DNA of 28,957 nt from Candidatus Hodarchaeota archaeon (GTDB taxonomy: Archaea; Asgardarchaeota; Heimdallarchaeia; Hodarchaeales; Hodarchaeaceae), in NCBI GenBank assembly GCA_016839785.1, contig JAEOTQ010000101.1, positions 1-28,957 on the forward strand. The letters are read 5' to 3'. The notes beneath the pieces are model-generated. The model had not been told where the DNA came from. It made no database searches and saw only the letters and a program-made list of their open reading frames with translations. Below, piece by piece: positions 1 to 8,546 of the stretch. A program made the translations under genes and the position numbers. Within the stretch, counting starts at the first letter, position 1, and every line of letters starts with the position of its first letter.

Positions 1-1400
1 CAAACTATCACCATTATTTAGAGGTATTACGTTTAAGAGAACCATACCAGTTATCTGAACCCGTAGAACAGGTATTGAACCAAAAAGCACTTATCGGCGC
101 TAGTGCATGGGTAAAATTCTATGAAGAATATACAGCTGATTTTAAGTTTGAAGTAGAGATTGACGGTGATAAAAAAGTTCTTTCACAGGGAGAAATTCGG
201 CCTAAATTTCGAGATACCAATCCCATTACCCGAGAAAACGTCTTTAAGGCTTATTATCAAAAATATATCGATGATTCCATTGCAATCTCTCACTCCTTTA
301 ACAATATTTGGAAGGATCACGGACAGAATGTTGATCTAAGAAAATATCCTTCCACTATGACTATTGCTCATATTCGTAACCAAACTGATGAAAAAATCGT
401 AGAAACAATGATGTCCGTTGTGAAAAAGAATTATACTCTTGTACAAGAGTATTATAAAGCAAAAGCTAAATTGATGGGGCAAGGAACCTCAATAAAAGGT
501 TCTGATCTTTACGCTCCAATCACTAAAGTCACCAAATACTCATGGAAAGAAGCAGAGGAATCTGTTCTTTCAGCATATACTGAATTCGATCCAGAGATTG
601 GACAAATGGCCCAAACACTTTTTTCTGAGAGTCTTATTGACTCTGAAATTCGCAAGGGTAAACGAACTGGAGCATTTTGTGCTGGCCTTATTCCTGCATT
701 GAAACCTGTTATCCATATGTCATTTGATGGAACCTCTGATGGGGTAGCTACGTTAGCCCATGAGATGGGTCATGCATTGCACGATTTGTTTTCAGCTCGT
801 AAACAAACTTTATTCAATTATCACCCTCCATTAGTAGTTGCTGAAACCGCCTCTGTTTTTGGTGAACAAATTCTAACTTCAAAGCTTCTGAAAACCATGA
901 ATGATGAAGAAGGGAAGCTCACATTACTCGTGAATCAACTGGAAGATGCCATAGGAACCATTTCCCGACAGACAATGTACATCTTCTTTGAAAAAGAATG
1001 TCATCTAAAGGGTGCAAAGCAAACTCTTTCATTCCAAGAAATGAGTGATATTTGGGATAAGTATATCAAAGAGGCGTATGGTGATTCTGTAGACTTTTTG
1101 CCTGAACAAAGTGCAAACTGGGCATCCATTCCCCATTTCCTATTCACTCGGTATTATTGCTATGCGTATTCTTTTGGAATGCTGTTTGTGCTGGGTTTAT
1201 ATCAGAAATATCTAGAAGAGGGTAGTTCCTTTATTCCAAAACTGAAGAGCATTCTTGAAGCAGGTGGATCTCAATTTCCAATTGACCTAGCTACTTCAGT
1301 AGGTTTGGATATTCGAAAAGAAGAATTTTGGCAAGCAGGTTTCGATTATCTAAATGGTTTACTAACAGAGTTTAAGGAAATTGTAGCAAAACGTTCCTAA
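1..1400 (+). CDS. pepF: Oligoendopeptidase F (peptidase M3B), 5'-truncated by the window edge
   Basis: HEMGH zinc motif, downstream AETAS third-ligand motif, GKRTGAFC and HFLFTRYYCYAY motifs. The frame is open from base 3 (NYHHYLEVLRLREPYQLSEPVEQVLNQK), so the TTG at 75 is not the true start. Confidence 0.93.
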   Translation, partial: NYHHYLEVLRLREPYQLSEPVEQVLNQKALIGASAWVKFYEEYTADFKFEVEIDGDKKVLSQGEIRPKFRDTNPITRENVFKAYYQKYIDDSIAISHSFNNIWKDHGQNVDLRKYPSTMTIAHIRNQTDEKIVETMMSVVKKNYTLVQEYYKAKAKLMGQGTSIKGSDLYAPITKVTKYSWKEAEESVLSAYTEFDPEIGQMAQTLFSESLIDSEIRKGKRTGAFCAGLIPALKPVIHMSFDGTSDGVATLAHEMGHALHDLFSARKQTLFNYHPPLVVAETASVFGEQILTSKLLKTMNDEEGKLTLLVNQLEDAIGTISRQTMYIFFEKECHLKGAKQTLSFQEMSDIWDKYIKEAYGDSVDFLPEQSANWASIPHFLFTRYYCYAYSFGMLFVLGLYQKYLEEGSSFIPKLKSILEAGGSQFPIDLATSVGLDIRKEEFWQAGFDYLNGLLTEFKEIVAKRS

Positions 1401-1496
1401 AACTCTCTCTTTCTCTTTTCTATCTTGTGAACCAATAACCAATTAATTCTGGAATTACAATCTATCACGATATTATTACCCTCTATCGCTACCTTT

Positions 1497-4400
1497 TTGA
1501 GCATAGGAGAATCCCAAGACTTCATAGTAATATCAGGACTAATGACAGCAATGGAAAAGACTGATTATGAGAAGATTTCTTTTGGACGAGTACCCTTCGT
1601 GTGGAAGAAAAAAATCAATAATCTAGTAAAAGAAAGTCCTGAGCGAGCTATGGCTATTTTTTTTTATAATTTTCGAGAAAATAATGAATCAAGACAGATG
1701 ATATATGGTTTTGAACTATTACTACCTCATAGTCTAGTATACATTTTGAATCGTCTTGATGAATTAAATACAGAGCAGTTTATACAGCTACTAAACGTTT
1801 TTAATAATTCTGCATTTCTTGATTCCTTGTTAGAGGTTGATTTAGCAGAACAAAAGAAATTCTTGAGTAAAATAGTTCAGAATTGGGAAATATGCAATGA
1901 ATCCTTGATTAAGAAAATATTAAGTCAGCTAAATCCGAAATTAAGTGAAGAAAGTTATCAAGCTCTCGTGAAGACAAAGCAACAATCATATGTTGAACTA
2001 CTAATCCTTTGGGTGGAATGTGATGTTCGAGTATTATATCTGATTCTACAAAGCTACATTCAGCAACCCATAGATCTAATTCTCCCACTATTCCGAAAAA
2101 TTCCTAAGGAAAAATTATTAAGTGCCTGTTCCTCTCAAAACCTTCCAAATAAACTTTCTCCCAAGAAAGTAGAAATATTCTTAAAAATATTTGATATTTC
2201 AGACCAGGAAATCAACTTTCTTCTCACCAAATTCAGTAGTGCTTCAAACAAGGCACAAGAACATTTAATTAATTGGATAAAGATAAAAAATTTGACTAAT
2301 AGTGAAATATTAAAAGCTATTCCTCTTAAACTCCAAACCCAAACGAGTACCTTAATCATCACTTATTTTTCCCAAAAAACTAACGGTGAAAAAGAAAAGG
2401 AAATGGCTTTCCTAGCAGAAATTATTGAATCTTCACTCTTTATTATCGCATCGTCTGTGTTGGGTTTTTTAAATCAACGTAAAGACACTCACGCTCTAGA
2501 TTACCTTTTTTCTCTTTTTAGTTATCTTGAGAAAAATCTAGATCAGTTTGCAAATTTCTTAATACCAGAATTTCAGAAATACTCAAACAACGAAGAGCAA
2601 CGATTGATCGAAGCTTATTTTCAAACCAGAAATGAAAACATCCAGGAGATTCTCCTCCCTTCAATCAATACTCTCAAACCTTCCCAATGGAAGAAATTGA
2701 TTGAACATATTATACTTCAAAACTATTTTACAGATAGAAGACGAGTTTCTCTGCTTCTAGGAAGTTTTGATGAAAAAACAATATCTGAAATTAGTAAGTA
2801 TATCATCAAGAAGAAGTATATTCTCCAGCTTAACTATTTATATGAAAATTTCCATTTCTTTCAACCTTTACTTACTACTACTGCAGCTATTGAATCTGAA
2901 GTTTATACTAGATTAGTTAACTATCTGGAATCCCACTTTAAAACCCATTTTGAAGAAATTGTTTCTTATAGCGACAAAATTTCATTCCCCAAGAGTTTAA
3001 TTTCTAGTGTATTCACAAAAAATGAAATTTGGAAACTCGTCTCCTGTGTTGGTTTGGAAAAAAAACTAATTGCTGCCTGGGAAACAGTGTTTTTACTCCA
3101 CTCTAAGGAAGCTCTACCCCATTTCTTAAAAAAATTTAAGGAAAAATCCAAGAAAAGCAAAGAACCTCTTCTGATCATCTCGAAGAAACTCATTGACATT
3201 GAAATTGTTACTTTCTGGAAGTATATCGCTTCTATATCGAGTAAAAGTCTACCTACATACGCGACATTGCTTAATTATGCATTAGATAAAAGTGTACCAA
3301 ATTTAGCGGAGATAATCACCTTTCTCCCTTCATCACATGTCTCACATGTTGTGAAAAATATTATCCCTGATCTTTCAACAAAGAGTACTCAAATGCTCTA
3401 TGCAATTCTTTCAGTTCAAGAATCTTCAATTTTAAATCATACCAACGTTAATACGCTTATTCTAGCTATCTTAAAACTAAATCCACAAGAACTAGTCTAC
3501 ATTGTTCTAATTCGGCTTACCAAGCTTGAAACAAACCCTAATCTACGCTCATTTAGTCAAAACCTTTTTAACCAAATTATTAGCAAATATCCAAGAGCTA
3601 CCGTAGAAAATATTGATGACCATAATCTTTCCTCTTTTACACTGGCTGTTGGTGACTATATTAAAGCGTTACCAGAGAAAAAATTTAGAATTTTACTCAA
3701 ATACATTATTCCTAACCTTAAAACTAGATGTTTGAGACCCACTCTTGTGGATCAATGTCTTTCACGTTTTAGGCGTCCTTCAGCCGATTATAAATTATTG
3801 CAAGCGATCACCACTACTGATCAGTCAAAAAAATTTTCTGACGAGGGGCAATCTCTTTTATCAGCTTTAATTAAGCAACTTATTGGAAGATCATTAGAAA
3901 CTGATCTTAGAATATTAACCATCGTGCAAGGGGCACATTTATCTCTTAAAGAATCATTACTTATTGCATATTTTTCAAAATTACCTCAAGATACACTTGA
4001 TTTCGTGCTTTCAGATCCGTCTATCAATATATCAGAGGATAGTGCAATCAACGCATTGACAACTAGATTTGCTAAGAGGCCTCCATATGAACCTGAACAA
4101 TACTATATCTCCCTTTATCAGCAATCAAGTAGAGCTGAGATAAAACGCGCGGTTCTACCATTGATAGGGGAATATTGTTCTTGGAAGAATTTGCCATTCT
4201 TAATGGAATTACCTGAACGGAAAGAATTCGAGCAGGAATATTCGATATCAATCAATAAATTCATCGAGCGATTCGAGATTGATTCTGCGGAAACATTATA
4301 TCGAATTTGGAGTTCTGGCCTCAAAGATATATATACTAGCATAACCAAAACAACAGTTGCCCCACAACAACGGTCTAATTATCAATCCAATTGTCCTAAA

Positions 4401-4655
4401 TGCAATAATCCTATTTTAGAGGGACAAAAAAACTGTGGATTCTGCACTCAGCGCTTAACATGTGCTATTTGTTTTAAAAGCGTTGTAACAGCTAATGATG
4501 TTGATTTAGTTGAATGTACACAATGTTCTAGTTACTTCCATAGAAGGCACCTTCTTCAAAGCGTAAAGATACGGAATGAATGCCCAATCTGCGATGTCCG
4601 TCTTTCCGAAAGAGAAGTTTCTTCACTACCTCAAGTTAAGTTCTTTTTCAACTAG
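1497..4655 (+). CDS. Large predicted alpha-helical (solenoid-like) protein with C-terminal Zn ribbon plus RING variant; candidate E3 ligase or scaffold
   Basis: About 950 aa of Leu/Ile/Ser/Lys-rich amphipathic sequence, then CPKC-x10-CGFC-x5-CAIC...CTQC-x4-HRRH-x10-CPIC. True start is probably ATG 1542 or 1551. Confidence 0.75.
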   Translation: MSIGESQDFIVISGLMTAMEKTDYEKISFGRVPFVWKKKINNLVKESPERAMAIFFYNFRENNESRQMIYGFELLLPHSLVYILNRLDELNTEQFIQLLNVFNNSAFLDSLLEVDLAEQKKFLSKIVQNWEICNESLIKKILSQLNPKLSEESYQALVKTKQQSYVELLILWVECDVRVLYLILQSYIQQPIDLILPLFRKIPKEKLLSACSSQNLPNKLSPKKVEIFLKIFDISDQEINFLLTKFSSASNKAQEHLINWIKIKNLTNSEILKAIPLKLQTQTSTLIITYFSQKTNGEKEKEMAFLAEIIESSLFIIASSVLGFLNQRKDTHALDYLFSLFSYLEKNLDQFANFLIPEFQKYSNNEEQRLIEAYFQTRNENIQEILLPSINTLKPSQWKKLIEHIILQNYFTDRRRVSLLLGSFDEKTISEISKYIIKKKYILQLNYLYENFHFFQPLLTTTAAIESEVYTRLVNYLESHFKTHFEEIVSYSDKISFPKSLISSVFTKNEIWKLVSCVGLEKKLIAAWETVFLLHSKEALPHFLKKFKEKSKKSKEPLLIISKKLIDIEIVTFWKYIASISSKSLPTYATLLNYALDKSVPNLAEIITFLPSSHVSHVVKNIIPDLSTKSTQMLYAILSVQESSILNHTNVNTLILAILKLNPQELVYIVLIRLTKLETNPNLRSFSQNLFNQIISKYPRATVENIDDHNLSSFTLAVGDYIKALPEKKFRILLKYIIPNLKTRCLRPTLVDQCLSRFRRPSADYKLLQAITTTDQSKKFSDEGQSLLSALIKQLIGRSLETDLRILTIVQGAHLSLKESLLIAYFSKLPQDTLDFVLSDPSINISEDSAINALTTRFAKRPPYEPEQYYISLYQQSSRAEIKRAVLPLIGEYCSWKNLPFLMELPERKEFEQEYSISINKFIERFEIDSAETLYRIWSSGLKDIYTSITKTTVAPQQRSNYQSNCPKCNNPILEGQKNCGFCTQRLTCAICFKSVVTANDVDLVECTQCSSYFHRRHLLQSVKIRNECPICDVRLSEREVSSLPQVKFFFN

Positions 4656-4680
4656 GAAAAAAGAAAAAAAGACCCAGGGA

Positions 4681-5154
4681 TTATCCACCTGGAGAACCGT
4701 GAGAAATAGAATCCTTCCATGTAAGATCCCAAAGATCTTGCTCAGTTAGGGTCTCTTTTTCTACAATCATCTTATGAATCTTCTTTAGAAGAACATGGTG
4801 TCTTACTTCATCATTTAGAATATACTTAATAATTAAAGTTTCACTCTCTCCTTCAATGGTTTTCAGTAATTCTTTATAAGTATCAATAGCTTGTTGTTCT
4901 AATCTAATATGATCCTCTAAATTCTTTTTCAATTGATCGGTGACTTTTTCCTCAATTAACGGATTAGATCCTGATTCAGCTGCCAGTAGAGAATTCAAAA
5001 GTGAGGCATGCTTAGTAGAATCACTAGCAATTCCCTCGATTAGCTCTTTCACCATTCTATTCTTAATGTCTTTTACTGCCGCATGGGCAGATGCGACGAT
5101 GTCTTTTTCAAGTTGTATTTGCTTTTTAAAGAATTCAACGCGTTCCATATGCAA
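4681..5154 (-). CDS. Ferritin-like (rubrerythrin-type four-helix bundle) protein
   Basis: Duplicated helix pairs with diiron-type motifs (QIQLEKD...DSTKH; HIRLEQQAI...DEVRHH). Start may be the second ATG at 5148. Confidence 0.8.
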   Translation of the reverse strand: MHMERVEFFKKQIQLEKDIVASAHAAVKDIKNRMVKELIEGIASDSTKHASLLNSLLAAESGSNPLIEEKVTDQLKKNLEDHIRLEQQAIDTYKELLKTIEGESETLIIKYILNDEVRHHVLLKKIHKMIVEKETLTEQDLWDLTWKDSISHGSPGG

Positions 5155-5274
5155 TTTTCTTCCAGTAGTGTATTATATTATAAAGAACACTCAGCTGAAT
5201 ATAGTTTTTTTGGAGAGAGAAAAGTAATTCGAGTAATTCAATTTAAGAAAAAAGAGAGATTGGAATAAGTAGAC

Positions 5275-6084
5275 TTATTCCAAGGGCACATCGGGGAACG
5301 CAACGATTCTAGCCATTGAAGATTCCAATTCTATTCCACGAAGGGGGAAACAACCAACCCATGTACGCTTATTTGTCAATACAGGATCATCTGGAATCCA
5401 AAGATTTTCAGCGTGAATGACTCCTTTTGGAAACAACTTGAGATGCATAATTTGATAAAATTTCGATGGTGGGAACATTTCATCCCAACTATTCACACCA
5501 TATTTTTTCGTAAGTTTCTCCTCTGATTCAACGAATGATTTAGGATGCCAATCACGGATTATGGTATTCATTGGATGGTCTGCAGACCCACAATCAACGC
5601 CGATCCACTTAAATTCCATGTCAATCGCCCATTGTGGAAAATCAGTATCAGGTCCCGGGTGTTTAACGAAATAACGGACTTCATCACTCTCTGGTTGATC
5701 CCAGGAATATCTTTGATATCCTGTCTTAATGAGTAAGATGTCGCCTTTCCGAATATCTGCACGTTCCATAAGCATTTCGGGGGAGTAAAGATCATAATCC
5801 GTCATTACATCGGATAAATCGACAACAACACCAGGTCCACAAAATTCTTCTAAGTCCATTTGACCAATTGTTCTACCTGCCGCGAAAAAGTGGATTTCAC
5901 CATCAATATGAGTACCCACATGATTACTAGTTTTTATTATTTGACCATTGGCACCTTGTCCCATATGTGCTCCAGCAATACGCTTAAAGTATTGCAATTG
6001 TAAAGGCATATAACTAGGCCAAGGAGGTGTATGGATTGACAAGCGCTGGGTTAAATCTATCATTTTAAAAGTCATTTTGATCAC
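5275..6084 (-). CDS. Cyclase family metal-dependent hydrolase (kynurenine formamidase KynB-like)
   Basis: HVGTHIDGEIH signature (HxGTHxD), GDILLIKTG, IGVDCGSADH, HAENL. Confidence 0.9.
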   Translation of the reverse strand: MIKMTFKMIDLTQRLSIHTPPWPSYMPLQLQYFKRIAGAHMGQGANGQIIKTSNHVGTHIDGEIHFFAAGRTIGQMDLEEFCGPGVVVDLSDVMTDYDLYSPEMLMERADIRKGDILLIKTGYQRYSWDQPESDEVRYFVKHPGPDTDFPQWAIDMEFKWIGVDCGSADHPMNTIIRDWHPKSFVESEEKLTKKYGVNSWDEMFPPSKFYQIMHLKLFPKGVIHAENLWIPDDPVLTNKRTWVGCFPLRGIELESSMARIVAFPDVPLE

Positions 6085-6167
6085 ATTTTCCTATTTTAGA
6101 TTTAGAAATTAGATGTGTTCCAAGGATTATGTCAAGTTCATTTATTTTATCATAAAAACAAACGGGG

Positions 6168-6215
6168 TAGGAGAAGGATTGACAGATAAAGAAGTATAGT
6201 TTTAACCTTCTCCTA
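6168..6215. promoter_or_regulatory. Perfect 10-bp inverted repeat (TAGGAGAAGG / CCTTCTCCTA) with 28-nt spacer upstream of the cyclase gene
   Basis: Arms at 6168-6177 and 6206-6215. On the minus strand a TTAAAA box directly follows the first arm and a T-rich tract follows the second. Confidence 0.5.
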
Positions 6216-6289
6216 TTTTAATGCTCATCGCTAGTGTCTCAACCAGCACAAATATATGTAAAAATTCATTTAGGATAAAGACTGAAGGT

Positions 6290-7152
6290 TTATTTAGTTT
6301 CATCCTTGGGTTTGGCTACTGCGATTAATCCTGCCCGTTCTCGTGTCCCCACACCATATGGCATAATTTCATGATCGAACTGAGTACAAATATCAAGAAA
6401 TTTTTTCAAAAGTTCCTTTTTCTGAAGAATGGTATTTATCACATCAGGTTCACACAAGTGTGCCAATGTGCCCACTGTGCCACAATGGATAATAGACATG
6501 CCAAATTTCTCTAAAATGTCGTATAATTCATCTGGTGTAAATGCTTTTAGGACTCCAAAATATCCCTGTGAACTATTTTTTGATAATAGATAGTTGCTCT
6601 CGAATTGATTTTGATTCCAATTCCCTGTTGTCATCATTTCATAGACTGCAGGAGTAATTTCACCTGTAGCTTGTATACAAGCATTAATTGTGGCGGCAAT
6701 TAACTTTGCTCGATTAGAAACAGTGATAATGAGTCTTTTCTTAGTAACACGACAGCTTTCGCTTATTGAATCCTTTGCTTTTGAGCCACAGAATGAAATT
6801 GCACCATCCATATTTAAAACTAGGTCAAAAGATTGGTTCTGGAAGCGACCCAAATTTATGGCATTAGTTTCCTCAAATTGGATATTAGACAAATTTTGTG
6901 ATTTTTTTTTGCAATCTTTAACATTTCAGGAGCAAAATCAACATGGGTGACTTGGTATCCTTCTTCAGCTAAAGGTATGGAAAAAGCACCAGTACCACCA
7001 CCTATTGCTAAAACCGTGGATACATCGACTAAGTGTTCCTTAATAATTTGCCATCGTAAAGTACGGTTAATTATCTCATCTGCTCGATCGATTTCTTCAC
7101 GGATCGCTTTATCATTCCACCAATCTCGTTCTCGTTCAAAATCTATCTGCAT
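6290..7152 (-). pseudogene. Class I SAM-dependent methyltransferase split by a -1 frameshift at an A9 run (pseudogene, recoded gene or assembly error)
   Basis: ORF 6856..7152 carries motif I (VLAIGGGTG) and VTHVDFAPEML. ORF 6290..6892 continues the fold (FQNQSFDLVLNMDGAISF). One extra A in the run at 6902-6910 fuses them into 287 aa. Confidence 0.85.
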
Positions 7153-7268
7153 AATACTTCAATTGATTACTCCTATTTTTCCAAACAAGAAGGTTTCGAA
7201 AAGTGTGAATCCCAAATTACAGGCAAAAATCCCGAAAAATGGGCAATGGTTTAATCATTTCCTTTTTG

Positions 7269-7287
7269 AAAAAAAAAAGAAAAAAAA
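7269..7287 (-). terminator. Oligo-T tract (T8CT10 on the minus strand), archaeal-type terminator
   Basis: Lies about 60 nt downstream of the stop of 7347..8315. Confidence 0.5.
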
Positions 7288-7346
7288 CTGAGACAATACA
7301 TCCAAATATTCATTTGTATCCTTATGAAAGTGTAAATGAATTGAAA

Positions 7347-8315
7347 TCAGTTCTTTGGTAAATGGAATCGATAACTCTTTGAAACAAACTCGACATGACC
7401 AGATTTTTCGAGTTCTTGCACCATGTTGAATTCTGTGCCTGAATCAGATTCGTACGTGCCAGCAAGATGTTTTTTTGTGATATCAAATGCTTTCTTAGCT
7501 ATCTTGGTCATTAATAATTTCCAAGCAGCTTCGTGACCTGGACGATAGAACGTGAATTGAACGCTTGGATCCTGATCTTCTTCTGCGCGAATCGCGCCTG
7601 CGGCAACAATTAAGTCGTCTTCAAAAATTAAGAAGACTTTCAGAGGATGGTTTTGTATATTTTCGTAATATCTTTTCAGCTGTTCCTCTTTTGGAAAAGC
7701 AGCAATTGCAGTTTCATCCACCTTACCTAATTCTATAAGAAAGGCTAAATCCTTTTCATCGGTCAAATCTCCTTTGCGAAGAGTAAATTTATCTTCCCCT
7801 TGAACTTCAAGTGACCCTGATATGTGACGATATGTAATATATTTTCGATCCACCTTGAAACCATGAGTTTGGAGAAAATCGATTTCCGCTTTTCTTTGTG
7901 ATTGATATATTCCCCCAACAATAATCTGGTGGTCATCGCCTTTATCCTTATCGCGATCGACAATGTACTCCAGTACATCTTTGAATAGTTTGTTTTGAAC
8001 TTCAGGAGGACAATTTTCCATAGCATGGGGGAAACTAATCTCTGTAGCATTATAACGATTCGCATAATGTGATTGAACATATGCTAATGGCTTCCCATCC
8101 TTTGTAAGAGCATATCTGATAGCATTAACATCAGGTGCTTCCGTTTCATTCCGAGTTTTTATTTGTTGGACGACTTCTTCCACACTTGGAACTGGATAAG
8201 CACGATCTGGTATTCGAGATTGAGCGTTCACATATATCTCGGCCTGATTCTCCTCTAATCCCTCATTAGGTTGATATTTGCGATATTGTACATCCATCAT
8301 TATCACAATTTTCAT
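7347..8315 (-). CDS. Hypothetical protein, possibly tandem GNAT-like fold
   Basis: 322-aa ORF with two halves resembling GNAT strands (YALTKDGKPLAYV...FLQTHGF; FLIFEDDLIVAAG). No clear acetyl-CoA-binding motif. Start may be ATG 8300 or 8297. Confidence 0.5.
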   Translation of the reverse strand: MKIVIMMDVQYRKYQPNEGLEENQAEIYVNAQSRIPDRAYPVPSVEEVVQQIKTRNETEAPDVNAIRYALTKDGKPLAYVQSHYANRYNATEISFPHAMENCPPEVQNKLFKDVLEYIVDRDKDKGDDHQIIVGGIYQSQRKAEIDFLQTHGFKVDRKYITYRHISGSLEVQGEDKFTLRKGDLTDEKDLAFLIELGKVDETAIAAFPKEEQLKRYYENIQNHPLKVFLIFEDDLIVAAGAIRAEEDQDPSVQFTFYRPGHEAAWKLLMTKIAKKAFDITKKHLAGTYESDSGTEFNMVQELEKSGHVEFVSKSYRFHLPKN

Positions 8316-8320
8316 TCCAA

Positions 8321-8377
8321 TTTTTGGACTATATAAATTTTATTGGAATATATAAATTTTTTTGGAATATAAACAAA
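8321..8377. repeat. Three imperfect 19-bp tandem direct repeats containing TATA-like boxes
   Basis: TTTTTGGACTATATAAATT / TTATTGGAATATATAAATT / TTTTTGGAATATAAACAAA. The first two read TTTATATA on the minus strand. Confidence 0.7.
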
Positions 8378-8546
8378 ATTTAGAAACAAATAAATTTCGC
8401 CAGTATCTTTTTAAGGAACAGGGAGAGGTTTACTCCCATACCAATAATCAACAGTTTTCTTAGTTTCCTAAGTAGTAATAAGAGGCTTTATTATTTACCG
8501 AAATAAAGTTGATTTTTACTCCCGATGATTGGAATGATATAGAATA

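Noticed and set aside
8321-8377. CRISPR array
   Set aside because: The 19-bp units are directly adjacent with no spacers, and no cas genes are present.
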